The translations under genes and the position numbers were made by a program. Below the pieces are notes generated by a model that saw only the letters and a list, made by a program, of their open reading frames with translations, made no database searches and was not told where the DNA came from. A DNA stretch of 64,000 nt from Amoebophrya sp. A120 (lineage: Eukaryota > Protista > Dinoflagellata): assembly GCA_905178155.1 (NCBI GenBank), contig CAJINV010000010.1:1695182-1759181 (forward strand). Direction: 5' to 3'. Shown here piece by piece: positions 34,405 to 46,529 of this stretch (position 1 is the first letter of the stretch; each line of letters starts with the position of its first letter).

Positions 34405-35220
34405 TCACATCACTGACGCCTCGGCGTCACCTGACACCGGCTCGTCCTCGTTGGCGCCCGAGGTCTCCACGCGGGACTTCAGATTCACCTTGTAGCACTT
34501 TCGAAAGGAGTTGATCCCGCACTGCACTCCCTTCTTCTTCGCTTCACACTTGTTGTTGACGCAGCTGCAGGAATTCCTGTGTGGCGACATCGAGAATCAA
34601 AGAAAGTGAATTACTTTTGATTTTTTGTGTACTTCGATACAAAAGCAAAACTAAAATGCAAGCACTCATCTTTTGGAAAAACATCAAACAACAGCCGAAC
34701 AAGCTCCCAACTGATTCCCTCCTGTGTTGGAATCGAACGCAGCGTTTGTGTAACAATGAGAGTAAGTACTCGCTGCCCTCGTCTACACCGACGCATCCCA
34801 TTCGTAAAAGTTGCTGCGCAGTAGTGCCGGCTGGTACAGCGACAGCCGGCTTCATTTGCAGGACCGTCTCTGCTATCATGTGCAAAACCAAAAGCATCGC
34901 ATCCTTAGCAATCCAATCATGTGTGAAAAATCTCTGTCCCAAGCTACATCAGCTTGACGAATTCCATCTGTAATGCTGAGCCAATGTATACTGCAATTTC
35001 TACTACGTAGTACCACGATCCTCTTGCGATGCATATGATCTGCAGCTGTCCCATCCTCCGCGGCCGGCTCGCTGAAAAACTCCGCATCCGCCGCGATGTC
35101 CGCCGTAGATTTTTGTCCTTCACCAGCGTCGTACGCCGCCGCGAAAACCACGAACAGGTCGACGCACAGGAGGACGGAGGTCATCACCAGAGCGAACAGG
35201 AAGTCCGCGGTGAAATTCAT
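34405..35220 (-). CDS. Small secreted Cys-rich protein (paralog B); exon structure uncertain
   Basis: First ~55 aa nearly identical to paralog A. Interrupted by a degenerate introner 34874-35035. Cys-rich terminal ORF at 34405-34590. Confidence 0.4.
34874..35035. mobile_element. Degenerate family-A introner
   Basis: TATCATGTGCAAAA...TTGCGATGCATA; DR TCTGC offset by 3 nt on the right. Confidence 0.6.
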
Positions 35221-35888
35221 TTTGATGTTGTTTTCTTGGAATGTACTAGAGCACGAAGATACTTTTCTCTGTAAAAGCTACGTCGTTGAAACCGCTAAAA
35301 ATTTGCACCAACACCACAGCGTGGTCGTGTTGTTCTCCCCCCTGCTGCAAGACAAAGTCTTCGTCTTATTAAGAAAAAAGATTTGCTTCTAGTTTGCTCT
35401 ATATATTTTCAATTCGATCGTGTTTTTGGATATGAAATGCGGCAGTGATACAACAAGTCGCCTTGTTTCTGTTGGTCCTCTTGCGAGCCTAACCCAATTC
35501 ATCGTAACCATTCCCACGACAATTAAAATAATGCTGGCGGAGGACACCTGCATGTCTACTACCTCTACGAATATCCAGATGCGCCTCACCATCATGCGGA
35601 CCGAAAACATAGAATGCGCCCTCAGTAGGACATGATAGTACACACGAAAATTCACGAAGACGACCCGTTGCACTCACGATTTACACTCTTCGTGTGTCTT
35701 CTGTCTTCAGTGACAGTTTCACGACTCAAAAGCACATCAGATGATCTTCTATCATCTTTCTATCTCCGACCGATATGCTGAGCGGATTTTACACTAGAAC
35801 TGAATTAGAATTACGGAGCTGCAGGTAGCACTAGCTTCTCACGAGCGAACAACATCAAGCCACGATAAACATACAGCTTACGAAATTC
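35054..35888 (+). repeat. Segmental direct duplication, copy 2
   Basis: Aligns by eye with 32722-33562. Confidence 0.9.
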
Positions 35889-37537
35889 TTGCAGGTACGA
35901 CACATGTCATCCATGTGTAAATTCCGGCACAAAAAGCCAGTCGGTCCCGCGGCCGTCAATTGTGTTTGTGGCTGGTCAACATGCTATTGCTAACTTTGCT
36001 TCATATAGATTCTTGCTCAAATCTTCCCCGGCATTGAGACAGGTCCGTGTTCCCCACGACCCTCGCGGTGCAGCACCACTTCTGGTCTATGCAGTACATT
36101 CTCAACATTCAGGAGCTATCCCTATCCTATTTGTGCTGAGCGGGACTACTCACAACAGCGACAAGGTGGTGGGCAGAAAAAAAGGTGTTTTTCGTCCTCT
36201 CCCAAGAAGGTAAATAAAGTTTGTCTTTAAAAAGGAGGCTCCTAGTCTTGTGTGCATTGGCAAACTTCTCGGGGATATTGTAGCAAGCAGGTTCATGTCG
36301 TGTTTGATTCTATGTAGCGGCGATGATTCTATGCCTTTCTACTCGCATTGCGAGGAAAGTCCTTACGGTTTTATGTAGCATCAGGTGGGTACATTCCAAA
36401 TTGATATTCATGCGCGGTGGCGTCGGTGGTGGCAGCTCCTGGAGCTGCGGCTTCTAAAAATGTATTTTGTCGTAGAGGTGTGGAGCTGCAGCTACAGTTG
36501 CATGTTTAAAAATTTTATCGCGGTAAATTATTTCAGGACGACAGCAGGCTGAAAAAGGATGTTTATCGAACTCAATCAAAGGGTAAGGAAGTGGAAAAAC
36601 GAAAGAAACGTTAAAATAAGTTGGAAGTTATTTACTCAACGGTCACGAGGACCATCTACTTCTCAGTGGAGTTGCAGCAAGCTAGTAGCAGGTGCAGTAA
36701 AGACAAAGAGGCGGTCTTTTAAGTAAGTACTTTCATGATCGTCGATGAGGAAATACTAGAAGAGGTCATGGTGTGCTGTTGTTCTGTTCCCGGTGGGAGG
36801 TCAGGCAAAAATGGTAGTTCGACGCTGTTGATCAGCTTGAGCAGCGTACGGCAATTAGAAAATTTAAGTTAGAAGTGTTCAAAACTGTATTCTGATGAAG
36901 CTGCGGGCGAAAAATTGTAGGTTTGATGTGCTGTCGCGAGTTAAGTATTACCATCTTCTTCTCGGCGCAGGTGGCTGACAGTATTTATCCCTAGGTAGTA
37001 TTTTGATTTTCCACATCAATTCATCGCTCTTGCGTAAATACAGCTACATTCTGTACAACCGCGAGTTGTAATTGACAAAACAGGGTCAAAACTGTTTCCG
37101 TTTGTCCTTGTTTCCGGGTTCAGCTGCCGTGACTTCCAAATGAAGATCCATGAACATCATTAGAAGGCACGACTGCGGCCCGAGGACGCGACCGGAGTGC
37201 TGGTTTCTAAATCGTAAATCGTAAAAAGTAGCAAAAGCGATGTTCTTCTTCTTCTCAGATCCGTTTACACTCTTTCATTTTCATCGAACTTTCTATGGGT
37301 TTTCTGCTAAATATGTTTGCTTTGTTTTGTCAGTCTAGTAAAATAAATTGTGCAAGCATGCAGGTGCGGCTCTTTCCGTCCTCCTTTGGCTTCCCATAGG
37401 AAGAGACAGGAAGACGGACAATGAGCTCGCATTAAGTTTCATCAAAACTGGGAAAGAAGATATATGCAAAACATAGCGACGGGGTGGACGACGTAAATTT
37501 GCGACTTCCGCGCTACTGTATCAACCAGAGAAGAACG

Positions 37538-40500
37538 CTATTTGCTCTTTATCTTCCCCACATTTTTTCCCTGGTACAACACCACGGACTCATCGTCCGT
37601 TTCTTCGCGGCTGTTGCTGTTCTGCAACTTGTTCTCTTTTGTTTGTTCCTCCTCTACTGGTGTACTTGCCGCGCTAGAGACCGCGGAATTGCTCCCAGAG
37701 GACTTGTCCGACGCGTGGGTCTCATCCGGGCTGGGGCAGGCGGAGCTGCTATTCCCGTCGTCTATGATCTCCGCTGCAGAAGAGTGCCGGTGCTGGATAC
37801 TAGATTTGCGGCCCGATTTCGATGGCCTCTGCTGATCATGCGCTGTGCCTGTGCCGTCGCCATTTATCGTGTGGGTTCCTGGTCCTGTATGCAATACAAA
37901 TTTCCCGTACAAGATGTACAAAATGCATGACAAATTTCGCTAGCTTGGAGTGTTAGACTTGTCATGCTGACTAAAGATGGAAGGCATGCTTGTCATGCAG
38001 AAACAGCATTTTTACCTGTACGGAAAATTTACTGTGGATATCCTCCGGACGAGGAGGGAAGGAGGACACCGGTTTTGGTTTTCGCACTGGACGCTGTTCC
38101 ACCTTTTGCTGTTTGCTTCTCATTTTCTGCAACTCGTCCGGAAGAGGTTCTGCTGGAAGATGATCTCGCTGCAGCATTGTTCGCTGCCAGATGCAGCAGG
38201 TCAGGGAGCTTCCACAGGAAGAAGACTTGGCGGGGTATGGAAAGGAAATTTACGGTATAAAGTTTTGAATTCGTGTCACACTCACAGCGATTTGCATATT
38301 ATGCATATGTACGCATGACAGATCCTTCATCCCATCCATAGGCACGCATGACAAATAGCCGGTCAATTACATGCGATCAAAATTTTCCGTCACTTTCCAT
38401 AGCGTTCTCCTCCGGGATGTCCACGATGGCACCAGCGTTGTCGCGCAGGTTGACGGACTGAAAGTAGGTGAGGGGTTGGTTTGTCATGCAGATCCAACAA
38501 CTGAAACCAAGACCAACTGGATCAAAAGAATACGAAAGTTTGTCATGCGAAAACGCAACAGAGCTGTTGCTCTTACTTCTAGACGTAAAGTATCTACTAT
38601 ACCTTCGGCTTGTAGATGAAGTAGCAATCGGTCCAATCGAGATCGTATTCCCTTTCCTCCTATCAACTGTAAAAATGTCTGGGTCTGGAAGATTTGCAGG
38701 TTTGTCATGCATATTTCGCATGGGCTATGATGCCTGTAATGCATGACCTAGCATGACAGATTTTTTGCGGGTATCGTGATGCCTATCCCGCATGAAAAAT
38801 GCCCTCTCCGCGGAGCAAAAACTGGACGCCTCTTTCTGCTCATGCAATACAGATTTTCTTAGATTCCAAAAATAGCATCACAAGTTGCATTCTTCCAGAC
38901 CCAGACATTTTTACAATCCATACCTCCCGTGGCTGCAGCATGTCGTCGCCTTCCTCTACCTATCCTGTGCAAAAGTATCGCACACACTCGTATTGCAGTG
39001 ATGCATTACAACTTTTCTTTCAAAGGTAAATCAAGATTATAAATTTTGTTTGTCATGCTGAGGAAACTTGTAATGCATTTATACGAGTACGAATACGATA
39101 CTTTTGCAGTTCATACCACTCGGTAGGCCGTCTTTCTCGCATCCGTGTATACGACGAAAAGTTCGGAGCTGATAGGTCGTCAATGATTACTTGAACTTGT
39201 CATGCGAGCACCACGCTAGCACAAAAAATTTCTCATGCGAAAAGCCTATACATATCAACAAAAATCAACCAATACTTCTTTGGATCGGGAAAGCCAAACT
39301 CCGCCGCCACCGTGTCCACGTACTTTGCTTTCCTCTCGTAGAGCTTGTAGCGGATTATTTTCCGGTGAAATGTTATATTTCCAGCAGCGTCGTGATACTC
39401 CACAACGAGCCATTTTGGAGCGCCTGGAGGTAGCGAGTTGGTTGTGAAAAATTGCTGATAGTACGATGCGCGCATCTTCACAGATTTTCCTGAAGATACT
39501 GATCAGTTGCAACATCTACCTTCTGTTGCAGCACAAGTTCCTATTTCATCAATGAATTGCACCTGAGCTGCATCCTTGCCCGCCACCATAGTCCGCTACG
39601 TCCTTCAAGTTGACGAGTGTGGGCTTATGCTACGAAAAAACCAAAGTGGTTGCGACTGCGTCGTCGAAGAGAAAGAGTCTGCTTACTGGAGTTGGTCTTG
39701 CAAGCCACGATCATTTTCGGTTGGTGTACTAGCATGATCCGCCTTCTTCACGATATGCAACCATGCAAATCATTTTCAAAATCTTAAATTATCGCGCATC
39801 ACAAACTTTAACTTTTCCTCTTCACTTCGACGGCCACAACCGACCACGAAACCAAATATCTGAACCTTACTACTGCGCCGTCGCCTTGATCCTATACGGA
39901 TGAAATGGATCGTCCACACCTGACTTGCCACCGCGTATGTTGTGCAGGTAGTTTATGCTGCTAGTGCTAGTACTACCCGCTGTGGAGCTAGAAGAGCCGC
40001 CCCGCTGCTCGTTTCTGCTCGATGATGACGACGAGCTGGTAGAAGAAGTACCAGTTTGCTGGTGCTGACCGCCAGAAGAAGAGCTAGATGTTCCAGCTTC
40101 CTCGTCCTGACTGCTTTTTATTGCTGTTGTACCATCCTCGTTTTCGTCCTCTTTATCGATCATCTCCTCACAGCGTGCTTTATGACCTGCTCAAACGTTA
40201 CAATCTCAACCGTTGCAATAGAGTCTGGAATTTGTCTTGCATAATGAGCATGACAGACTCGCAGACCATTCCACTTTCTGCAATACAAATTTCGCCAGAT
40301 TCCAGTGCGGTTTGGGACTCCAGAACCTGTCATGCGCAATCCTATGAGAGTTGGCTAGATAATGCACTTCTTGCAACACAAATTCCAGATTCTGTTGTAA
40401 CGTTTGAGATTGTAACACCTGAGCAGGTTATATGCTTGTAATTCCTTTTCCTGCCGTTCCTTCTCCTCGGCGCGTTTTTTCTCGTCTAGTTCGAGCTGTT

Positions 40501-41471
40501 TTATCTTCGCGTTCATCTTTTCGATGACCTGTTCGTAGAAACTGCAAAGGATTTCGTTCACCAAAACGTGATTTCTCCCGTGGAAAAGAAACTCCATCAG
40601 GACCCAGTGCAGCTTGAATTCGTAGGAGGGGTCCGGGTTGTGCTGGATCTGCATCAGCATCTGGGTCAGGAACTCGACCTGCGTGTGGGCATTGAGGTTG
40701 GTTCTTTTTATATATTTTGGCATGTTGCATTATTTCCATTCCCCATGTTGACCATGGGACAAGAGGGAATCGGATGGCATCACCATCAATATGTAGGTTT
40801 GATGCATGACAAGTTACTATAGAAAAACTTCCTCTCACAACTTACCTGCAGCTTCGGGTATCTTTTGTAGTAGTCAAACAGCTCGTGAAGTCGTATCAAG
40901 AGGAAACACCTTCTTTGCGTCGAAACCAAATTTGTCATGCTATACGCGCAAGCGTTCGTAAAGGACCTACACCAGGAGTTAGTTTGTTACAGTAAGGTAG
41001 TGCCTTGTTTCTTCGCATGACAAATTTTCTGACTCCGCACAAAAAGCAGCTTCACTTGATACAAAACGGCCCTCCTCTGTCCCAGCAAATCCCCTTGATT
41101 TCCCAGATTCGACTGTAAAACTGCTTGGACAGCTGGATCATCCCCGTGGACTCATTCTCCTTCAGTGTGAGCGGTTTGTCCAGTATCCCACGAAAAAAGT
41201 GTTACAGTTACACACTTGCTGTAGTGTCAGCATCACAAATTTTCTCTGCATGACAGAGAAAACTTGCTGCAATGCAAAGATGATAGGGGAAAATACATAG
41301 GAAACGAGGCTTGAAAGCATTTCCTGCATGACAAAGGCTGTCTGTCTTGCCGGTCCTGCAACGCAATGTATAACTGTAACACTTTTTTCCTTGGATAGCC
41401 AGCTGCGGTTGGTCCCGGTACTTCAGCTGGCCGATGAAATCCGCCGAGGGGCGGGAGATGTTGGCGCCCAT
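37538..41471 (-). CDS. Hypothetical multi-exon protein with MG N-terminus (possible myristoylation)
   Basis: Frame continuity across six introners and GT-AG introns at 38602-38458 and 39251-39169. Some junctions in 39500-41060 were not resolved. Confidence 0.6.
37888..38040. mobile_element. Introner, family G
   Basis: DR TCCTG/TCCTC. Confidence 0.88.
38236..38401. mobile_element. Degenerate introner
   Basis: TIR TATGGAAAG/CTTTCCATA; DR lost but element+5 nt removal is in frame. Confidence 0.7.
38458..38602 (-). other. Canonical GT-AG intron with two GCATGACAAA boxes
   Basis: AAG|GTATAG...TTTCAG|TCC; in-frame join. Confidence 0.7.
38661..38922. mobile_element. Introner, family D
   Basis: DR CCTCC/CCTCC. 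Confidence 0.9.
38961..39115. mobile_element. Introner, family A
   Basis: DR CTACC/CCACT; in-frame RV|EEGDD. Confidence 0.85.
39169..39251 (-). other. 83-nt canonical GT-AG intron with two GCATGA(C/G)AA boxes
   Basis: AT|GTATAG...CCTATCAG|C; in-frame join. Confidence 0.7.
40181..40432. mobile_element. Introner, family I (long ~55-60-bp imperfect TIR)
   Basis: DR TGCTT/TGCTT. Confidence 0.9.
41184..41397. mobile_element. Introner, family F
   Basis: DR TCCAG/GCCAG; TIR AAAAAAGTGTTACAGTTA. Confidence 0.88.
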
Positions 41472-42305
41472 GGTCGCTCGTAGTGCGGTTGGGAGCACAG
41501 CCCTCGCTTGTTCTCAGAGAACAAGCGACTCTGCTTTATCCTGCGGAGCGGAAATAGATCGTTCGCTTGCTTTCCGGGGGTACTGGCACTAGTGAAGATT
41601 CGACGGGCTGTATCGGCTTCTTTAGCACGAAACAGAAAGGACGAAAATTCTCAGTCGTCACACGAAGGACGAGGAGGCTTCTTATGACTTTGCCATTATT
41701 GACGAGAACGACTGGGAGTTTCGGGTAATTAAAACTGAATGTTTGTGCTAGTCGTAGACGTCATCTCGTTTTCGTTGTGTCTAGCCGGCGGAGTGGTATT
41801 CTGTTCTCTTTTGTTGAGCAGCAACGTTACAGAAGTAATCGGGCTGATATCTAATGCACTGAGAACCACACAGACCAGACGTCAAACACGACAAGAATAT
41901 ATACAGAGTTTGTCTCTTTACAATGAGTATTTACTATACATTTAAGTTCGCTCAAAGCAACAAACATAAACTTTGTAAGATCCTACGGGTTTTTTTTTTT
42001 TCGTTTATTCTGATTCGTATTGGAAGACACGTTGATTACACACAGCGAACACATCAACAAGCAGAAAGCGTTCATCGTCTGGCACAACTCAATGGTAGCG
42101 CTTCTGGTTGCTCACGGCATGTCACCTGGCCGCGAGTATATGTTGCGGAAAGAAGGAGCAGCTTTCGTCATTCTGTAAGAAGTGGCTTGATAGTTGTCGC
42201 CTTAATGTCGATGCACAATTTGTGACTAGGTACAAGTGCAATCTGGTTGAGTTCGGTGAACATCAATTTATCATGTCGTCAGTACCTCCTTTCACTCTCT
42301 TGAGT

Positions 42306-44372
42306 TCAACTTCCGCCTTTCGCAGCTTTCTTCACCGCGAGATCACCGGCATACGCATTTAGATACCAATCTACGCCTTCCGCCTCGAGACTTCGAACTC
42401 CGTCTTCGTCTTTCTTCTCTGAAAACCGCCTCTCTTTGCTCATCGCCATGCCGGTTTCCTGACGGCAGAAGAGTTGAAACCAGGAACGACAGTTGGCGGT
42501 TCGAGCAAGCAGCTCTTCAATTTGTGGTTCGTATCCGGCATTTTTCATTTGCGCCACCACCTGCCCGTAGGATTTGCGCTTTTCATCTTTGGAAATGAAT
42601 TGCTTCCGGACGACGTCTCCAAAGGAGGCGAGATCGCTGATTCGATACTGCGTCGGTTCTGCCATTGCACCTCGTGGTACCGGTGCCTTGGCCAATTCGT
42701 GCTTTTTCTGAGCCTGTGATTGTGTTCCTGCTCTCGACGAGGAAGAGACAGATGCGCTTGACCTGGAGATGCGAACTGACCACTTCTTCCTCCAGGTCTG
42801 AATGCCTCTTAGTATTACTTGCTCATACCTGTCTTGCGAGACCTTGACGCCGGTCTGCTCTGTCGCTCCCATTACCTTTCTCCATGCTGCTGCGCCGACG
42901 GCCTCGTAACCCAGTTTTCGACACAAGGCGTTCATCGAATCTTCGTAACCTCGGCGCTTCAGGGCGACGGCAACGTCCATGTACCGCATGGAATTGCCAT
43001 TTCTTGGAAGTAGCGACGACCGCAGCAACTCTCCTAAGCTGTGCAGGCTGTTCAGAGGAGGCGCTTGTGCACCACTTGTAGTGCAGCTGGATGTGGAGGC
43101 CCTGCTAGGTTGCGCGTTTCTTTGCTGCACTCCGTCCCCGTCCTTGCGCCTTCGCTTTGCTGGGGGGTTGTCGTTCCCGAGATCTTCCAGCGTGTTTGCG
43201 AAGGAGCTCTGCCTCTGTCTCGCCTCCGCGGTATTTGTACTTTCGATTGATTCGTTGTTTTGCATTGGACTGGCACCACCCTTTATGCCACCGTTTGTGC
43301 GATCGCCAGCGTATCCATCATCACCGTTGCGGCGTCGTTTTCCGAATAAATTCATGTCCGCCCCTGCAGATCGTGCGGTTGCCGAATCTCCTTCCTCTGC
43401 CGCAGCAGAAATAGCTTCCCTTTTCACGCGGACGTACCATTCATTTCCCCGGAACGTCCTTTCGAGTTTTTTCGTGGCGTTTGCAAGCACATCGGACCAC
43501 CGCCCGAGCCGAAGGGCTCTCATCTGTGACTCCAAGTCGGGGTATTTTAGTCTCATGTAACTGAGCAGCCGGGTGCAGTTGGCCCACCCGTCCTCGTCCG
43601 TCTCTTCACGCTGCTCGAATCCTAGCAATGCATAGCGGATTGCTTTCCGCAGATTTTGCTCCGATGTTATCGCTTGCGGCGCGGCACCAGGGATGATGGT
43701 ATTCAGAGTGCTGGAGCTGCTGCTGCTGCTGCGGGTCATACCTGCTTCATCTTCCCTGCGCGACGAACGGGCGCTGCCATTCGTGAGAGCCTTCTGCAAG
43801 GAAGGAGCGCCGTTTGCGAGGGGAATGAGATCGCGTCGCCCTCTGCTGTTTTCTCCCGACGAAGATTGCCGCAGCAAGAAAAAGTGATCGCAGCCCTTAG
43901 TCCGGAGCTCGCGACTGGTCGTGGGGGAGCCACAGACGTGCACGATGCGGCCGTGTTCGCGCAGGCGCGAGGTGAGCGGGATAAAGTCGCCGTCGGCCGT
44001 GACTACAGCGATGGCCTGGATGTTCTGCCTGGTCACCAGGATCTCCATCGCGTCGATGGCCAGCGCCATGTCGGCCGCGTTCTTCCCCTTACTGTTGAAG
44101 GCAGACTTCTGCACCTGGTCCACGCCCGATCGCTCGCAGGCCTTCCGCCAGGGCTGCATGCCCTGTGCGTGAAAGTCCCCGTAGGCCTTCTGCACCAGAA
44201 TCCGCCCGCTGAGGGAAAGCAGGTGGTCGGTTACCTGCCCGATCGAGTCCGGCCTTTGGTTTTCACAGTCGTAAAACACCGCCCACTGCAGGTTGTGTTG
44301 CTGGGAGCCGCTGTTGTTTCCACCCGCCTGGTGGTGCGCGTGCTGGTCGTGGGTTAAATTGCCGGTGTTCAT
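42306..44372 (-). CDS. NYN (LabA/DUF88, PIN-like) ribonuclease with putative OST-HTH/LOTUS-like C-terminal modules; intronless, 688 aa
   Basis: AVFYDCEN...AYGD...KNAADMALAIDAM...VTADGDF...LREHG..V...CDHF NYN signature. DGWANCTRL...YPDL segment resembles OST-HTH. Confidence 0.85.
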   Translation of the reverse strand: MNTGNLTHDQHAHHQAGGNNSGSQQHNLQWAVFYDCENQRPDSIGQVTDHLLSLSGRILVQKAYGDFHAQGMQPWRKACERSGVDQVQKSAFNSKGKNAADMALAIDAMEILVTRQNIQAIAVVTADGDFIPLTSRLREHGRIVHVCGSPTTSRELRTKGCDHFFLLRQSSSGENSRGRRDLIPLANGAPSLQKALTNGSARSSRREDEAGMTRSSSSSSSTLNTIIPGAAPQAITSEQNLRKAIRYALLGFEQREETDEDGWANCTRLLSYMRLKYPDLESQMRALRLGRWSDVLANATKKLERTFRGNEWYVRVKREAISAAAEEGDSATARSAGADMNLFGKRRRNGDDGYAGDRTNGGIKGGASPMQNNESIESTNTAEARQRQSSFANTLEDLGNDNPPAKRRRKDGDGVQQRNAQPSRASTSSCTTSGAQAPPLNSLHSLGELLRSSLLPRNGNSMRYMDVAVALKRRGYEDSMNALCRKLGYEAVGAAAWRKVMGATEQTGVKVSQDRYEQVILRGIQTWRKKWSVRISRSSASVSSSSRAGTQSQAQKKHELAKAPVPRGAMAEPTQYRISDLASFGDVVRKQFISKDEKRKSYGQVVAQMKNAGYEPQIEELLARTANCRSWFQLFCRQETGMAMSKERRFSEKKDEDGVRSLEAEGVDWYLNAYAGDLAVKKAAKGGS

Positions 44373-45409
44373 CTTTTCCTTTTGGGTGTAAGTAGTTTTA
44401 GCGGGCGTCGAAAATCATCACAGGTGCCAGTTGCGCTGGTGCAAAGGCAAAGCTCTAGTATTCTGCGAAAATAAAAAAAGTAAAAGACACAACTACTTCC
44501 ACTTCAAGATCTGCTGAAGTGGTCCGCTGGTACTGCTTCAATTACCTACTTCAAATACTACCTACTTCAAGATCTACTGAAATCTAACGTGGTCCGCTGG
44601 TACTACTATGTCTACACTACGCACATGAAAATCAAGTACTTACTATATAAATGATCACATAAAACTGTTGGAAACACTGAAAATCAGAGAATATATGACC
44701 ACCATGTTGATCTTCGCTGTATCTGTTACGAACCTGAATAATCGCGACTCAACAGGAGCTGTGATCGCTTCTTTTTCGTTGAAGAACAACATCATAAAGA
44801 TCAGGTACTAGAAGTACAAATCTGTCTCATTGAGTTTAACCTTATCAACGTACATCACGGTTTGCCGGGTTTTCATATTCATTGCAACGACCACATCTAC
44901 ATCAAAGATCTGTTGAAAACAATCACGGCGCGCAAAGCACAGCTGGGCAGAACAAAAAATAAAATCCATCTCGACGGCCCACAGCCATGGAGCACGCACG
45001 ACACACAACTGATTTACTCAATATATAATCCCGCTAGCTGAATATGCTGAAATTATTACAAGCGCACCGTTTGCAAAGTACTCGTAAGTTCCTGTTGCAT
45101 CGATCATATCGATTCAGAAAAAAAAGTCGCTTTGTCGTTCTAATACAGCCCAAGTCTCATAATCCGAGGGCTCCTTCGCCTCTCGAAACAATACTGCGAT
45201 GGATCCAAGCGAGCACAAGCACTACTATTCAGTGCAAAAGTATCGGGCTTGTAGTCAGTCGTAGGCGTAGCAATTGCAATCATGCATCATAGATCTGGTT
45301 ATTTCCTGGGTGAACACTTTCCACCACAAGCTCCATCTGTCGTGCTGAGAAGATTTTTTGTCATGCAAAGCGACTAGAACTAGTGCGACGCTTTTGCTAT
45401 GCATAAGAA

Positions 45410-46345
45410 CCACTACCGCGTGCCCAAGCCTGTCTCTTCCCGGGAAAAAAGTTGGAAGTACGTGGCGCAACCTGGCGTGCGGTGGAGCAAGGCCTGGATT
45501 TGCGGCTCTTACCCCGCACTCAGCATCTCCGTTACAACATCGGCAAAAGAGTTTGGCCGCTCGCCCTTGCGCGCGAAGTGTGTCCGCACGATCCTGCCGA
45601 GGGAGGCGAGATCCGAGATAGATTCAATAAAAGTAGCAGTAGTGCTGATGCTGTAGCTGCTGCTCCGCCTGTTGTAGCTGCTGCTCCGCCTGTTGTAGCT
45701 GCTGAGCCTGTGCTAGCTGCTGAGCCTGTGCTAGCTGCTGAGCCTGTGCTAGCTGCTGGGCCTGTGCTAGCTGCTGAGCCTGTGCTAGCTGCTGAGCCTG
45801 TGCTAGCTGCTGAGCCTGTAGCTGCTGAGTGTGTAGCTCCTGAGCCTGTGCTAGCTGCTGGACCTGTAGCTGCTGGGCCTGCGGCTGCTGGGCCTGTAGC
45901 CGCTGGGCCTGTGGCTGCTGGGCCTGTAGCTGCTGAGCCTGTGGCTGCTGAGCCTGTGGCTGCTGTTTGTAGACACTGCCGAGGGACGAGGTGAGATGAT
46001 GATTCGAGATAGATTCAGAAGAAACTGCTTGTGGCAAGACTGGACGAACTGGCGGGCTGCTACTACTACTGTCAGCACCTGCAAGACGTTGCTGCAGTTC
46101 GTCGTGCCGCTCGCCAGGCCAGGTCCACTCCACCCGCCGGACGTGTGCGACTCTCCTGCCGGGACGACCGGAAGCCAGCACCTCCTCGAACTCGATTTTC
46201 ATTCCTCGCGGCTTGGCGTTTTCGAGAAGGTTCTTCCAAGCGTCGGCGTTCTGCTTGCCTTTTTCCTCTGTCGTGATTGCGTTACGAGACGGATCAGCAA
46301 TGCCATGCTGCCGGAGGAGGTTGTGAAAAGCCGTTTAGTATTGAG
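45410..46345 (-). pseudogene. Decayed 3' half of the second NYN paralog
   Basis: Translates to SISDLASLGRIVRTHF...AG*EPQIQALLHRT..YFQLFSREETG, matching RISDLASFGDVVRKQF...AGYEPQIEELLART..WFQLFCRQETG of paralog 1. In-frame TAA at 45509-45511 and 46335-46337, plus a frame change near the 18-bp repeat. Confidence 0.7.
45650..45965. repeat. 18-bp/21-bp minisatellite (GCTGCTGAGCCTGTGCTA)n, read QQLAQA on minus
   Basis: Directly visible. Confidence 0.9.
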
Positions 46346-46529
46346 AGCAAATAAGTGTGGAGGGCCTCCTGCTGGAAGAGTGCAATAAATCTGTTTTGGT
46401 GCGGCGCATTTTGAATGAGGAATGTATCTGCCATGCATGAAGCAGATGAAGATCAAGCTGGAGAACCAGCAGTCTATCAGGCAAAAGCGCGATTGCATCT
46501 CGTGCTAGAATTCAGGAAAATCTGTCATG

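Noticed and set aside
44501-44607. Short tandem duplication upstream of the NYN gene as a promoter element
   Set aside because: Only two imperfect copies and no functional evidence.
45509-46337. Stop-codon reassignment (TAA=Gln) explaining in-frame TAAs
   Set aside because: Long Gln-rich ORFs here never use TAA or TAG internally, one TAA aligns to Tyr, and a frame change accompanies them. Pseudogenisation is simpler.
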